DNA of 62,708 nucleotides, counting the filler. It is 4 parts of 4 records of this genome, joined end to end, with 100 filler letters (N's around TTAATTAATTAA, not from the genome) between each part and the next. Parts side by side here need not be neighbours in the genome. Positions count along the whole stretch, not along the records: positions 17,312 to 32,772 come from SRR20825006_1055; 3 more parts are not named here. One strand, given 5' to 3'. The first letter of the stretch is position 1. Each line of letters opens with the position of its first letter. Below are positions 21,516-30,489 of the stretch, one piece after another. Under the pieces are notes generated by a model. That model made no database searches. It was not told where the DNA came from and saw only the letters and a program-made list of their open reading frames with translations. The translations under genes were made by a program, and so were the position numbers.

Positions 21516-22996
21516 CAGAGCGACTCCAGAAATGCGATGAGCGCTTCGCGCTCGCGCGCGTCCATGGCTCTAAAGGCTTCGCGCGATGCTTCGGCCTCTC
21601 CGCCATGCCACAGGATCGCTTCGGCGAATCCTCGCGCCCGCCCATCGTGCAGCAGGCGAGTGTGATCGTTGACTGCATCGACGAGCCCCAATCCCCACAG
21701 CGGCGGCGTGCGCCACTCTCGAGAGGATGCGTCGTGGACGGGGCGACCATCCGCGAGCGCCTCTCCCATGTCATGCAAGAGCAGGTCTGTGTACGGCCAG
21801 ATCTTCTGGTCGCGCGTCTCCTCGAGCGAGGCGTCCGCCGAGGTCCGGTGTGAGGGCGTATGACATCCATCACAACCCGCGTCGAGGAAGAGTTGCTTGC
21901 CCTGTCTGACCGCTGGATCTTCGAGGTTCCGGCGCGCCGGAACCGCCAGCAAGCTCGTGTACAGCACGACGCGCTCGAAGTTGCCATCCTGGATCTCGAG
22001 TCTTTCGGCCGCGTCCTCCGTGTTCGCGTGTTGTGCTTCGAGGCTCTCGGCGCAGGCAACCTGTGGACCCTCGCACTCACCAGATGCGATCAGCGGTGAG
22101 GTGATGCCGATATCACCCAGGAAAGCACCCGCGACCTGTTGCTCGACCGTGGGTTGATCTCCCTTCCAGCCAAAACGTCCGGGGCGGTGCTCGCCAGCGC
22201 GGATATCCCAGACGCGGTTGATGCGTCCGCTGATTCCATCGCCATCGCGATCCTCGGGATCTTCGAGCGCTTCGAGCCGATCCTCGGGGATCGCTTCGAG
22301 TAACCCCAGGCCGATGACCTGCGGCGCGATGCGCGGCGAGACCATCATGTCATCGGGGAAGTCCCCGTAGGCAGGATCGTTTAGGGTGTAGACAGGCTCG
22401 AGGAGGGTGTAGGGCGTGCCATCGCCATACGTTCCCTCGATCTCCTTGTAGGTCACCGAAGGGTTCGCCTCGGCGGGGACGCCGAGGATGCCAAACGGTT
22501 GAAGTTGATCCCCGTAGCCCTCGACGGGCTTTGGCCCGCCGTGACTGTTTTCGCCAGGGATACTGAGTCTGAGGAGGAGCCCTAAAAAAGGCTCCTCCTC
22601 AGACTCCGGCGGCCTCCCACGCCCATCTCGCGGGTGGCACGCAGCACAAGATCTCGCGTTAAAATTCGGCCCCAGGCCATCTCTGTTCCTGGTGCTTGCA
22701 GGCGCCTCGACCCAGGCCTGGTTAAAGAAGCTGTTGCCCGAGTAGAACATCGGCTCGTGCTCGGGCGTGATGTTCTCGGCTGGCCTGATGAACGCGTTTC
22801 GGCCAAACAGCAGCGTGTTGGTCGCTTCGCCGCCTGGCAGCCGCTCGCCATCCTCCAACCACGCCTCGGCCTGTTCCTCGCTGCCGCATCCCGTGAATAA
22901 CAGGATGGCCAGCAAGGGGAGCGCGAGGCGCGCCGGTGATATCTTCGAGCAGTGCTTCAGGCTTCTTTCATGATGATGACGATGGGGGCACATCAT
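21515..22996 (-). CDS. Di-heme oxidoreductase (DHOR)-family c-type cytochrome lipoprotein
   Basis: Two CxxCH motifs (CAACH, CDGCH); DGLGP, GRFGWK, YTDLLLHDMG, WRTPPLWG, LHDGRAR; lipobox FTGC. Confidence 0.92.
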   Translation of the reverse strand: MMCPHRHHHERSLKHCSKISPARLALPLLAILLFTGCGSEEQAEAWLEDGERLPGGEATNTLLFGRNAFIRPAENITPEHEPMFYSGNSFFNQAWVEAPASTRNRDGLGPNFNARSCAACHPRDGRGRPPESEEEPFLGLLLRLSIPGENSHGGPKPVEGYGDQLQPFGILGVPAEANPSVTYKEIEGTYGDGTPYTLLEPVYTLNDPAYGDFPDDMMVSPRIAPQVIGLGLLEAIPEDRLEALEDPEDRDGDGISGRINRVWDIRAGEHRPGRFGWKGDQPTVEQQVAGAFLGDIGITSPLIASGECEGPQVACAESLEAQHANTEDAAERLEIQDGNFERVVLYTSLLAVPARRNLEDPAVRQGKQLFLDAGCDGCHTPSHRTSADASLEETRDQKIWPYTDLLLHDMGEALADGRPVHDASSREWRTPPLWGLGLVDAVNDHTRLLHDGRARGFAEAILWHGGEAEASREAFRAMDAREREALIAFLESL

Positions 22997-23004
22997 GGGT
23001 CAGC

Positions 23005-24180
23005 TCACTCCGCCACGGGGATGTCGAGTTCGAAGAGGCGGAAGGCGTCCTCGAGCAAGTCTTCCTGAGCACGCAGCGAGACGATCAGCGCCTCGACGCG
23101 AGCGCGGCCTTCGGCGTTGTCGACGGCGATCTCTTGATCGAAGGGCGTCTCCATGGCGTTCGCGGCGGCGAGGCTCTCGGCGATCTGTGCCTCGATCTTG
23201 TCGGCGAGCTCGGCGTCGCGCGCGGCGATCACGTCCTTGACGCCAGTGCCCGAGACCTTGGTGCCATCGAGGCGCGTGTAGGTCCCGAGGTAGACGTTCT
23301 GGATGCCCTGGACGTCCTGGATCATGTCGCGGTGTGTGTTGTCACTAAAGCAGGAGTGCTCGTCCTCTTGGTCCCCGGAGTCGAGCGCGGTTTGCAGTCG
23401 CTCGCCGCCTGTCTCGAAGCCGCTCAGGATGATCATTCCGGTGAGCACTTTGCGGAGGCTATCTTCTGGCGACTCGCTCACGAACGAAGCGCGGTAGTTG
23501 TCTCCACCTTCGGCCCATTCGCTCTCGACGGACTCGAGGTGTGTGACGAGCAAGTCCGAGGTCGTCGTCAGGTAGAGGGTGCGGCGGTCAGGGTTTGCCG
23601 CGTTGTCCTCTCCTTCGACGTAGTCGGTGTAGGCGCGATCGCCAGGGCCTGCGGGGTTCATGTCCTGACCCCAGAGCAAGAACTCGATGGCGTGGTATCC
23701 CGTGGCGATGTTCTCCTCGCCACCCTGCTCGTTCAGAGATTCGAGCGACGTGGCCGAGATCTCGACGCTCGTGTCCTGGATGATCCCTGCGTCGGCGTTT
23801 CCTTCGACGTAGTCGATGTATGCCTCGTCGAGCGGCCACGCGTTAAGCAGTCCCTCTGGGCCATCCTCGTCATCGATCGGGCCGCCGTAGAAGCGGTAGA
23901 CCTCGGTCTGGAGGTAGGGCTCGCGAGAGTCGAGCCATGCCTGACGCGCAGCATCGAGGTTTGCTTGCGTCGGGTCCGCAGCGAACGCGTCGATCGCGGC
24001 GTCCAAATCCTTGGCCGCGGTCACGGAGTCTGTGTAGGACGCCGAGACGATGGCGGCGTAGTTGGTGACCATGTCCGAGGTGTTCTCTGGGATCACGGGC
24101 TCGGCTTCACCACAGGCGGTGAGTGCGAGCATCGAGAGCAGCGGCAAGAAGAGCGCGGGTTTCATCATCGACTTCATCAA
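23005..24180 (-). CDS. Imelysin / iron-regulated protein A (IrpA-like) lipoprotein
   Basis: Lipobox LTAC; NAWPLDE, TGYHAIEFLLWGQD, EDEHSCFSDNT. Confidence 0.92.
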   Translation of the reverse strand: MMKSMMKPALFLPLLSMLALTACGEAEPVIPENTSDMVTNYAAIVSASYTDSVTAAKDLDAAIDAFAADPTQANLDAARQAWLDSREPYLQTEVYRFYGGPIDDEDGPEGLLNAWPLDEAYIDYVEGNADAGIIQDTSVEISATSLESLNEQGGEENIATGYHAIEFLLWGQDMNPAGPGDRAYTDYVEGEDNAANPDRRTLYLTTTSDLLVTHLESVESEWAEGGDNYRASFVSESPEDSLRKVLTGMIILSGFETGGERLQTALDSGDQEDEHSCFSDNTHRDMIQDVQGIQNVYLGTYTRLDGTKVSGTGVKDVIAARDAELADKIEAQIAESLAAANAMETPFDQEIAVDNAEGRARVEALIVSLRAQEDLLEDAFRLFELDIPVAE

Positions 24181-24255
24181 TACATTCCTGGTTTATCGAA
24201 CAAACGGGTCGAGACGCGCCGACTTTTGCGTGGCGGTCCGTGTGGCTTGCGATGA

Positions 24256-24310
24256 TTTTGATAATCGATTTCAAATAAAACGCAAGGTGTTTTTGAGAAT
24301 GGATTTCAAA
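24256..24310. promoter_or_regulatory. Two tandem Fur-like boxes
   Basis: TTTTGATAATCGATTTCAAA (24256-24275) and TTTTGAGAATGGATTTCAAA (24291-24310), an AT-rich patch upstream of the imelysin operon. Confidence 0.7.
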
Positions 24311-24411
24311 ATCAACTAAAGTTGTCGCGCGAACACTCGCGCTCGAAGCTTATTGGCGCGCAGCGAACAGGGGGTTGTTCGAGCAAGGTCGGATGACGCT
24401 GAGGGCGTCCG

Positions 24412-25074
24412 TCAGGTTTCGGCAGGAGGGATCTCGATGGGGAAGACGCCGCGAGCATCGAGATCAAAGACAGAGGCGGCGCGCTCGCTCTCCCACGTGG
24501 TCACGTTGGCGAGCACCGATCCCGCGCGCGCCCAACAACCACCCGCGTGGTGAATGTGGCCATAGAGGTGGAGCCTCGGTTTGGCGCGATCGACGGCCTC
24601 GAGCAAGTCCGCGCAGCCTCCTCGACCCGGGACAAACTCCTTGTCTCCGTAGCCCGCGGGCGGGCCATGGGTGACGAGCACGTCGAGACCGGTCGGAATC
24701 AGCGCCCACTTGCTCGCGAGCTGCTCGCCGCGCGGCAGGTTAAACCCCCAGTCGTTGTAGGCGGGTTGCCAGGGGCTCCCATAGATGCGCAGCCCGAGCA
24801 CTGTGGTCTCCTGATCCTGCAGGTAGCAGATCCCCTCAGGCAACATCGCCAGCGCTTGCTCGGGGGTCTTCTCGAAGCATACATCATGATTCCCCGCCAC
24901 GAGGATCTTGTGCGGGTGGGGGAGGGCGTCGAGCCACGCGAGGCCACGCTCCAGTTCATCGAGGTCGCCACGTTGGAGGAGATCTCCGGCGTGGATGAGG
25001 ATGTCTCCCTGCGGCAATTCTGGGAGGTCGTCATGGTAGAGGTGGGTGTCGGCGATCGCGACGATGCGTGGCAT
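24412..25074 (-). CDS. Metallophosphoesterase (MPPED/239FB-like)
   Basis: DTH, HAGD, AGNHD, THGPP, GHIH. Confidence 0.92.
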   Translation of the reverse strand: MPRIVAIADTHLYHDDLPELPQGDILIHAGDLLQRGDLDELERGLAWLDALPHPHKILVAGNHDVCFEKTPEQALAMLPEGICYLQDQETTVLGLRIYGSPWQPAYNDWGFNLPRGEQLASKWALIPTGLDVLVTHGPPAGYGDKEFVPGRGGCADLLEAVDRAKPRLHLYGHIHHAGGCWARAGSVLANVTTWESERAASVFDLDARGVFPIEIPPAET

Positions 25075-25144
25075 GGCATCCTCCGTGTGTGTCAGGCGTC
25101 AGGATACCTTATCGTGCCACTTGCCAGCGCATCCTGGCCAGCGT

Positions 25145-25768
25145 TCACTTGCGCGCGATGATCCACGTGACGATCGGCCACTCGGGGTCATCGCGGATGG
25201 CGAGCTTGGTGAGCGGGTGCCACTTTGCGGCGGGGAGCTTCTCGTAGCGCAGCCCGACGCGCTCGAGCAGCCACACCGAGAAGTTGCCCCAGCCATCGCA
25301 GTCGATGACTTCGCCAAAGTCCTCGCACAACAGCTCGAGCGCGTTGGGCGTAAAGCGCCAGTAGTCGTGCGGGTAGTCGTGCACCGGGTTGATAAAGCAG
25401 GTGGTGTGGATGGCGATGCCACCCGGCTTGAGGACCCTGAGCGATTCTTCCATCGCCAGCTTGGGGTTCCCCTGAACGTGCTCGAGCACCTGGTCGCTGA
25501 CGATAAAGTCGTAGGCGCCATCCTCGAAGCCCTTCAAGTCGAGCAGGTCGTGATCGGGAAAGTTCGCCTCATCGATCTGGCAATCGCCAAGACCCATCCG
25601 CGCGCACAACTTCGTGGAGTGTGAAACCGACAGCACGCGCGCTCCTGGCTCGGGCGTAAATCGGTGGCGCTCCATCCGCTCGTACATCGTGTAGCGCGTC
25701 ATATGCGGGCCGCGCTCGAAGCCTTTCATCGAGAGCTTCAGGGTGTGTTTGATCAGGTTTTTGAACAT
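25145..25768 (-). CDS. Class I SAM-dependent methyltransferase-like protein
   Basis: YDFIVSDQVLEHV, RVLKPGG, HDYPHDYWRF; start uncertain (25768, 25804 or 25855). Confidence 0.8.
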   Translation of the reverse strand: MFKNLIKHTLKLSMKGFERGPHMTRYTMYERMERHRFTPEPGARVLSVSHSTKLCARMGLGDCQIDEANFPDHDLLDLKGFEDGAYDFIVSDQVLEHVQGNPKLAMEESLRVLKPGGIAIHTTCFINPVHDYPHDYWRFTPNALELLCEDFGEVIDCDGWGNFSVWLLERVGLRYEKLPAAKWHPLTKLAIRDDPEWPIVTWIIARK

Positions 25769-26063
25769 CGCTCGCTGCCCCTTTTGCGCACCTGTTTTGA
25801 TCATCGGTGCAACCTTAGATAGTGGGGCGCGAGCAATGGCGCAACCACGAATCATGCGGTGAAAGTGGTTGTATAAAATGTTTTTATTGATTTTGGTGTC
25901 GTTTTTGTGCAGTGCACAAAAGCGGCGCTCGTTTCTACGCCGTGCGGGCCCGAGGTGGATTGTCTGTTTTTATGTTCAGTGGTTGCTCGGTCATCGATGA
26001 TCTCCGCATGGTTCAACGAATTGCCTTGCCTTCATCTCGGTCGTGATCACCATCCAGAATGTT

Positions 26064-26082
26064 AAATGACTCGTGGTCATTT
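26064..26082. promoter_or_regulatory. 7-5-7 inverted repeat, candidate operator
   Basis: AAATGAC-TCGTG-GTCATTT upstream of the MBL hydrolase. Confidence 0.4.
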
Positions 26083-26205
26083 GTCGCGCTGGCGATGTTT
26101 TTCGTATCCACCACGCCGCCCCAAAAATGGACCTCGCGTGAGGTCGTTTTCACGCACGAGGACACCCTCCAAGAAGTGGACGAAGAGGAATGAGAGGTAT
26201 CGAGT

Positions 26206-27366
26206 TTGAAAGAGCTAAAGAGCAAGAGATCCTGGAAGTGGTGGCTTGGACGAGGCGCGCTCGCGCTGACTGGCGTCGGCTTGCTCGGCGGCCTCGTGGT
26301 CTATGCTTCGACTGGCTGGGGGGAGGCGCTCGGGGCTGCTCCCAGCGGTGAGCGCCTCGAGCGGATGAAGGCGAGCAAGCAACACGCCGGGGACAAGTTC
26401 ATCAACAAGGTGGAGACGGGCACCATGAAACCGGGCGATGCGCCCGGAGTGATCCTCGAGATGCTCACCAACGATGCTGTGCGAACGCCTACCGTCGAGA
26501 TCCCGGTCCTCTCGCCAGCGCAGCAGCTCGCCACGCCCCCCGAGTCAGGCATGCGCGTGACCTGGATGGGGCACTCCTCACTTCTCATCGAGATCGATGG
26601 CGCCAGAATCCTGACCGATCCTGTCTGGGGAGAGCGCGCTTCTCCATCGACATTGCTCGGACCTGCGCGGTTTCACGAGCCGCCGATTTCGCTCGACGAA
26701 ATCGGCAAACTCGACGCCGTGATCATCTCGCACGATCACTACGATCACCTCGACATGCCCTCGATCAAGAAGCTCGTCGAGCAGGAGGTGCACTTCTATA
26801 TGCCGCTCGGCATCGGCGCGCATATGGAGCGCTGGGGTGTCCCCGAGGAGAGGATTCACGAGTTCGATTGGTGGGAAAAGACCACGCTCGAGGCGCACGG
26901 CGTCGAGCTCGTCTCCACGCCATCCCGCCACTTCTCCGGGAGGGCTGGTATCGACGCGAACCGCACGCTCTGGACCTCGTGGACGATCCTCGGCCCGAAG
27001 CACCGCGTCTACTTTAGCGGTGATAGCGGGTACTCTCCGCACTTCAAGGAGATCGGCGACAAGTATGGTCCGTTCGATCTGACCATGGTCGAGGTCGGCG
27101 CGTATCACGAGGCGTGGGGAGATATTCACCTCGGCCCACATCACGCGATGCAGGCGCACCTCGATCTCGGCGGCAAGAAGATGCTGCCCGTGCACTGGGG
27201 AACCTTTGACCTCGCCCTCCATAGCTGGACGCATCCCGCCCGCGTGCTCGCCGAGGAAGCCCCTGGCAAGCAAATACAGCTCGTCACGCCGCGCGTCGGT
27301 GAGCCGATCGAGCCCACGTCATCGACCACGACAACGCCATGGTGGGAAGCGCTCGGCAGGGAGTGA
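26206..27366 (+). CDS. MBL-fold metallo-hydrolase (NAPE-PLD/RomA-like)
   Basis: WMGHSS, SHDHYDHLD, RHFSGR, SGDSGY, PVHWGTF; N-terminal TM segment. Confidence 0.92.
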   Translation: MKELKSKRSWKWWLGRGALALTGVGLLGGLVVYASTGWGEALGAAPSGERLERMKASKQHAGDKFINKVETGTMKPGDAPGVILEMLTNDAVRTPTVEIPVLSPAQQLATPPESGMRVTWMGHSSLLIEIDGARILTDPVWGERASPSTLLGPARFHEPPISLDEIGKLDAVIISHDHYDHLDMPSIKKLVEQEVHFYMPLGIGAHMERWGVPEERIHEFDWWEKTTLEAHGVELVSTPSRHFSGRAGIDANRTLWTSWTILGPKHRVYFSGDSGYSPHFKEIGDKYGPFDLTMVEVGAYHEAWGDIHLGPHHAMQAHLDLGGKKMLPVHWGTFDLALHSWTHPARVLAEEAPGKQIQLVTPRVGEPIEPTSSTTTTPWWEALGRE

Positions 27367-27378
27367 TGCTGGCGCTAT

Positions 27379-29778
27379 CTAAAAGGTCGCGCTCAGGGTC
27401 AGGCGCGCGTTGATCGGTGAGCCTGGCGAGTAGTGAATCACTGGCAAGGTGTTCGATGTGCTGTCCGAATTGTCCCAGTCGCTGGCGAAGTGATACTCGC
27501 CCTCGCGCAACTGGCGGTTGAGCACGTTCTCGACCTCGAGCCCCGCGCGCATCTTTCGCCACCTGTAACCCAACGTCGCGCCGAGCGCTGAATAGGTCGA
27601 CCCTGTGGCGCCATGTGGGAGCGGCCTCGCGGCGATGACGAGCAGGTTGCCGCCAGCGCTCACGCCGCTCGGGTGATTGCCCAGAGCGCGAAGTCCGGTG
27701 ACAAACCTCGGGGCCAGCGGGACGACGTTCCCCGACTCGACAAAGCGCGCGTCGACAAACGTCATGTTGGCGTGCACTTCGGCCCAGTGATTCGGGTAGA
27801 TCGCCAGCGCGCTCTCGACCCCGAGCCTGCGAGTGCTGTTGAGCTCGAGGCTCAGGCCAGAGACGTGGTCAAAGATCGACTCGCGCTCGATCCTCGTCCC
27901 GAAGAGCGCGCCGCGGAGCTCGATCACTTTGCTCGGTGCGATCGTCGCGCCCATTTCCACCGAGTCTGCGGTCGTCAGTGATGGCGCGCCGGTCCCTGCG
28001 ACCTCGTCGCCGATCCCTTCCCGCGATGGCGTGTAACTCGAGAACGTCCGCGCCTCTGGAGGACGCACGCCTCTCCCGTAGGCCGCGATGAGTTCGAGCC
28101 AGGATGTCGGCTTGTAGGCCGTCAGAACCCTTGGCAGCGGCGCTGCGAGCAAACCGCCGCCTTGTTCGTCTTCATTCTTGTCATTCGCGCGGATGGCGAC
28201 AGCCTGAAGGCGTCCTCCAAGCTCGATGGCGTGCTTGTCCGTCGGTCGCAACCTCAAGGACGCGTTCGTGTTCGCGCCCGCCTGGGTTGCCTCGAGATCG
28301 CGGCGCAGGTCACGCATCTCCTCGGTCTCCGGGTCGACGCGCTCCTCGCGCTGCGTCAACCAATCACCGCGCATCCCCGCGCCGAGCTCGAGCTCGACGC
28401 GTCGATCCTCGCGCAAGGCGATCGCATCGCTGATGGCCAGATCGAGCGATGCGGTGGTCTGCGTCTGCGCGCGCCAGTCGCCAGCGACAGGATCTTCGAT
28501 GTACCCGGTGAAGTTCTCCAGCAGGTCCAGATGGCGCGCGCTCATGGATGCACGCGCCGCGATCAGGTGTGCTCCAGAGGATTGTCGATAGTGTGCCCCC
28601 AGCAAACCTCTGGCGCTCATGCCCTGGCCAAGATCCGAGTACGCGTCGTGGAAGCCGATGCGCTCTCGCTCGACGTCTTCCATGCGCAACAACCCTGGCA
28701 GCTCGAAGCGCCCGAGATAACCGCTCGCCATGAGCGAGAGCGTCTTGTCTCCTGACGAGATCACGCGTCGCCTCGCCATGAGCGAGATGCGTTGCGCGGC
28801 GCGTTGCTGGCCAAAGCCCTCGTCCGCCATCAGCTCCATCGCCAAGAAGTCACGCCCATCGCCATCGCGCGGCGAGAGCGTGAAGATCCCGCGCAGTCGC
28901 CCCGTGGAGCCGACCTCGTAGCCCATCCTGGCGCCTCGGGCATCCGGGGCGACCCCGAGCGTGTATTTCGCCGTGCCCGCCATCGCGAAGAGGCCTTGCG
29001 TCGGGAGAAACGGCCCCTTGATGACCTCGACCTCCGAGATCAACTCCGGGATGATAAACCCGAGGTCGAGATAGCCTTGCGCGTGGATGTTGGACCATTC
29101 GTTGACGGGGATGCCCTCGAGCGTGACCTCGAGGTCGGCGCCATGGATGGCGTCGAAGCCGCGCAGGAAGAACTGATGCCCCTTTCCCTCGCTGCCATGC
29201 TGGACCAGCACCACGCCAGGGACGATCCGAAGCGCATCCTCTGCGGTTCGGATCGGCACCGCTTCGAGGTCGATGCTGTCGACGCGAGAGGATGTCGTGG
29301 TGCGTTGTCCTGTGATTTCAGCGCGCGTCTCGACCTGCTCCGCTTCGCCGCCCTTGGCGGCTTCGGTCAGGTCGATGACGAGCTCCAGTGAGCCGTCTGG
29401 CGCGAGCGCGTCGATCTCGGTGGTAAACGTCTCGAAGTAATCGGATGAGATCGTCGCGGTGAAGGGGAGGGCAGTACATGTATCGAGTTGGATGGCGCCT
29501 TCGCCATCCGAGACGGCGCTCGCGTCAGCGATGGTGACGCGAACGCCAGGGAGAGGATAGCCGTCAGAATCGAGGACAACGCCCTCGAGCGCCGTGACGC
29601 CATCCTCACAGGCGACCTCGGTGGAGGTCGCCTGCTGTGCAGCCGCGGTCGATGTCTGCGCCGCGGTTGCAGCCACGCAGAGGATGGCGGCGATCAGTCG
29701 CCGTGCGTGTGTGCGTCGCAATGCCCCTCTCCGTCCACGTGACCGAGCGTCGCGTTTTGCGCGACGAGCCACTGCCAC
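27379..29778 (-). CDS. TonB-dependent receptor with N-terminal carboxypeptidase-regulatory-like domain
   Basis: Plug region QHGSEGKGHQFFLRGFDAIHG, HAQGYLDL, EVIKGP; VENVLN; terminal F; true start may be TTG at 29721. Confidence 0.88.
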   Translation of the reverse strand: MAVARRAKRDARSRGRRGALRRTHARRLIAAILCVAATAAQTSTAAAQQATSTEVACEDGVTALEGVVLDSDGYPLPGVRVTIADASAVSDGEGAIQLDTCTALPFTATISSDYFETFTTEIDALAPDGSLELVIDLTEAAKGGEAEQVETRAEITGQRTTTSSRVDSIDLEAVPIRTAEDALRIVPGVVLVQHGSEGKGHQFFLRGFDAIHGADLEVTLEGIPVNEWSNIHAQGYLDLGFIIPELISEVEVIKGPFLPTQGLFAMAGTAKYTLGVAPDARGARMGYEVGSTGRLRGIFTLSPRDGDGRDFLAMELMADEGFGQQRAAQRISLMARRRVISSGDKTLSLMASGYLGRFELPGLLRMEDVERERIGFHDAYSDLGQGMSARGLLGAHYRQSSGAHLIAARASMSARHLDLLENFTGYIEDPVAGDWRAQTQTTASLDLAISDAIALREDRRVELELGAGMRGDWLTQREERVDPETEEMRDLRRDLEATQAGANTNASLRLRPTDKHAIELGGRLQAVAIRANDKNEDEQGGGLLAAPLPRVLTAYKPTSWLELIAAYGRGVRPPEARTFSSYTPSREGIGDEVAGTGAPSLTTADSVEMGATIAPSKVIELRGALFGTRIERESIFDHVSGLSLELNSTRRLGVESALAIYPNHWAEVHANMTFVDARFVESGNVVPLAPRFVTGLRALGNHPSGVSAGGNLLVIAARPLPHGATGSTYSALGATLGYRWRKMRAGLEVENVLNRQLREGEYHFASDWDNSDSTSNTLPVIHYSPGSPINARLTLSATF

Positions 29779-30422
29779 ATGTTGCTCACGTCTTCATTGC
29801 CAGGATCGTAGGCGCCGATGCCCGTGGCCTCGAGCTCTTCCTTGGTGATCTCGCCATCTCCATCCACGTCGGAATCGGCCAGAGCTTGAAAGAGCACCTG
29901 GGGCTCTTCCGAGACGAGGCTGTCATAGAGGTAGTGATCGGCGTGAATGGTAACCTGGAAGCTCGCGACTCCGCCATCCTCGACTGCTGTCGTCGTCTCA
30001 CACCTCTCATAGTGAACGGGCGCATCGAAGGTCCAGGAGAAGGTCTTCTCCTGGCCATCCTTCGTCGCGATGCCGCTCAGTTCGACGCGCTCGATGCCAA
30101 ACGACTGGCTCGTGTACTCGCCAGCGGGCAGGGTCAGCGCGCCGACTTCATGCCCCGCGCCATCCGTGCCTTGCGACACGTCGACCTTGTAAGGTCCCGC
30201 CAGCGTCTGCTCGCCGATGGTGATGTCAGTGAGCGAGACATCGAACTTGTTAAAGGTCACGGCCCAGCCATCGCCGACCTCTTCTGCCGGGATGCCTTCC
30301 TCGATGAAGGCTTCGCCATAGGTGTTCACCTTGACCGTGCCTTCGCCAGCGTCGCCGGAACATCCGGTGAATGCAAAGAGTCCAGCCGAGAGCAGCGCGA
30401 TAGCGGTTGTTTTTTCGAGCAT
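29694..30422 (-). CDS. Lipoprotein with DxDxDG motif and His-rich C-terminus
   Basis: Start MLEKTT; lipobox FTGC; TIHADH, DVDGDGEIT, GHVDGEGHCDAHTHGD. Confidence 0.8.
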   Translation of the reverse strand: MLEKTTAIALLSAGLFAFTGCSGDAGEGTVKVNTYGEAFIEEGIPAEEVGDGWAVTFNKFDVSLTDITIGEQTLAGPYKVDVSQGTDGAGHEVGALTLPAGEYTSQSFGIERVELSGIATKDGQEKTFSWTFDAPVHYERCETTTAVEDGGVASFQVTIHADHYLYDSLVSEEPQVLFQALADSDVDGDGEITKEELEATGIGAYDPGNEDVSNMWQWLVAQNATLGHVDGEGHCDAHTHGD

Positions 30423-30489
30423 GTGATTCCTCGTGGCGCACCTGTCATGCGCTGTGTGGGAGAGAGTACGTTTTAACGGGAAATGAAGA

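Noticed and set aside
22936-24255. 439-aa plus-strand ORF
   Set aside because: Antisense shadow of the imelysin gene in GC-rich DNA; no motifs
26059-26193. Short plus-strand ORF MLNDSWSF... upstream of the MBL gene
   Set aside because: No RBS or recognisable motif, and it overlaps a probable operator
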